Shown here in pieces: positions 23,209-24,201 of a stretch of 24,201 bases of DNA; positions within the stretch are counted from its first letter, which is position 1, and each line of letters begins with the position of its first letter. This DNA comes from a virus (Duplodnaviria; Heunggongvirae; Uroviricota; Caudoviricetes). The notes under the pieces are model-generated. The model did no database searches and had not been told where the DNA came from. It saw only the letters and a list, made by a program, of their open reading frames with translations. Location of the stretch: IMG/VR virus record IMGVR_UViG_2778261666_000010. One strand, 5' to 3'. The translations under genes were made by a program, and so were the position numbers.

Positions 23209-24201
23209 ATGTCGATTAAGCAACTCAAAGACGGACGTTATCAGGTCGATGTCAGACCGCAGGGGGCGGAAGGAAAGCGGATTCGAAAAATCTTTGCCCT
23301 GAAATCAAAGGCTCAGGAGTTTGAGAAGTATGTGTTACAGAACTTTCATGACAAGCCATGGCAGGCTAAGCCAGCTGATCAGCGGCGATTATCAGAGCTG
23401 CTTGACGCGTGGTGGATGCTTGATGGGCGTAATCAGGCTTACGGGGATAGCTACAGGGTTAGGCTAGGGAAGGTTGTTCGTGAAATGGGAGATCCTCGCG
23501 CCAGTCAGATGACGCGAAAATTTATGCTTGAATATCGGTCAGAGAAATTACAGGCCGGATTAATGCCGTCCAGTATTAATCGTGACTTATGCGTACTGTC
23601 TACCATGTTCACGGTGCTGATTGAAGCTGAGGTCTTTCACAACGCGAACCCTGTACGCGGTATACGAAAACTGAAAGTTCAGAACACAGAGATGGCCTTT
23701 CTTTCTGATGATGAGATTGAACGGCTTCTTGAGCGACTGGAGGGTGATGCGCGTCGTGTTGCCATTCTGTGTCTTTCTACTGGTGCCCGATGGAGTGAAG
23801 CATCGGAACTACGTGGAGAGCATATCGTTGGCAACCGGGTGACGTTCTTTAACACCAAAAACGGAAAATCCCGTTCGGTTCCTGTGGCGGATTCGGTCGT
23901 GCCTCTGATTAAAACCCGTCGAACGGGGTTATTGTATCAGGTTGATTATCTGAAGTTCCGGGAGATTCTTCAGGAGGTGAAACCGGATTTGCCGAAGGGG
24001 CAGGCTACGCATGTCATGCGTCATACGTTTGCCACACACTTTATGATGAATGGCGGAAATATTGTTACGTTGCAACGAATCCTGGGGCACGCAACGATTC
24101 AGCAAACAATGACGTACGCTCATTTTTCGCCGGACTTTTTACAGGACGCGATCAACTTTAATCCGCTGGCTGAAAGTGTCCATAAACTGTCCATCGATTA
24201 G
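23209..24201 (+). CDS. int: Tyrosine integrase (P2 Int-like)
   Basis: ATG 23209 preceded by GGAGG; C-terminal catalytic region ...HVMRHTFATHFMMNGGNIVTLQRILGHATIQQTMTYAHF... with the R/H/Y signature; stop is the last codon of the window, so attL/attR should lie just beyond it. Confidence 0.9.
   Translation: MSIKQLKDGRYQVDVRPQGAEGKRIRKIFALKSKAQEFEKYVLQNFHDKPWQAKPADQRRLSELLDAWWMLDGRNQAYGDSYRVRLGKVVREMGDPRASQMTRKFMLEYRSEKLQAGLMPSSINRDLCVLSTMFTVLIEAEVFHNANPVRGIRKLKVQNTEMAFLSDDEIERLLERLEGDARRVAILCLSTGARWSEASELRGEHIVGNRVTFFNTKNGKSRSVPVADSVVPLIKTRRTGLLYQVDYLKFREILQEVKPDLPKGQATHVMRHTFATHFMMNGGNIVTLQRILGHATIQQTMTYAHFSPDFLQDAINFNPLAESVHKLSID

Overview
This window is most of a P2-family (Peduoviridae-like) temperate prophage, probably enterobacterial, read mainly on the minus strand. 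All calls come from reading the sequence and comparing translations with remembered P2, phage 186 and plasmid R1 proteins; no database search was run. The supplied ORF track reports GTG/TTG starts as 'M', so starts were re-checked against the DNA and several were moved to an internal ATG with a Shine-Dalgarno motif. Layout: (1) 1-9515, late tail/lysis/head operon on the minus strand (H partial, I, J, W, V, S-like, R, spanins, M15 endolysin, holin, X, L, M, N, O), with frequent ATGA/GTGA stop-start overlaps. (2) 9670-12467, terminase ATPase P and portal Q on the plus strand, closed by a bidirectional terminator. (3) 12482-15512, an accessory island where P2 carries cos/old/tin: two unrecognised 174-aa proteins, a structured 0.5-kb non-coding stretch that probably holds cos, and a ParM/ParR actin-type partition cassette with candidate centromere repeats. 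(4) 15513-22693, replication gene A (940 aa) and a string of small early genes with a 320-bp structured non-coding insert. (5) 22694-24201, the immunity switch (Cox-like regulator divergent from a C/CI-type repressor) and a tyrosine integrase ending at the window edge. The most interesting part is the island at 12.5-15.5 kb; I could not recognise any known defence system in it. No tRNA, rRNA, CRISPR array or IS element was found.
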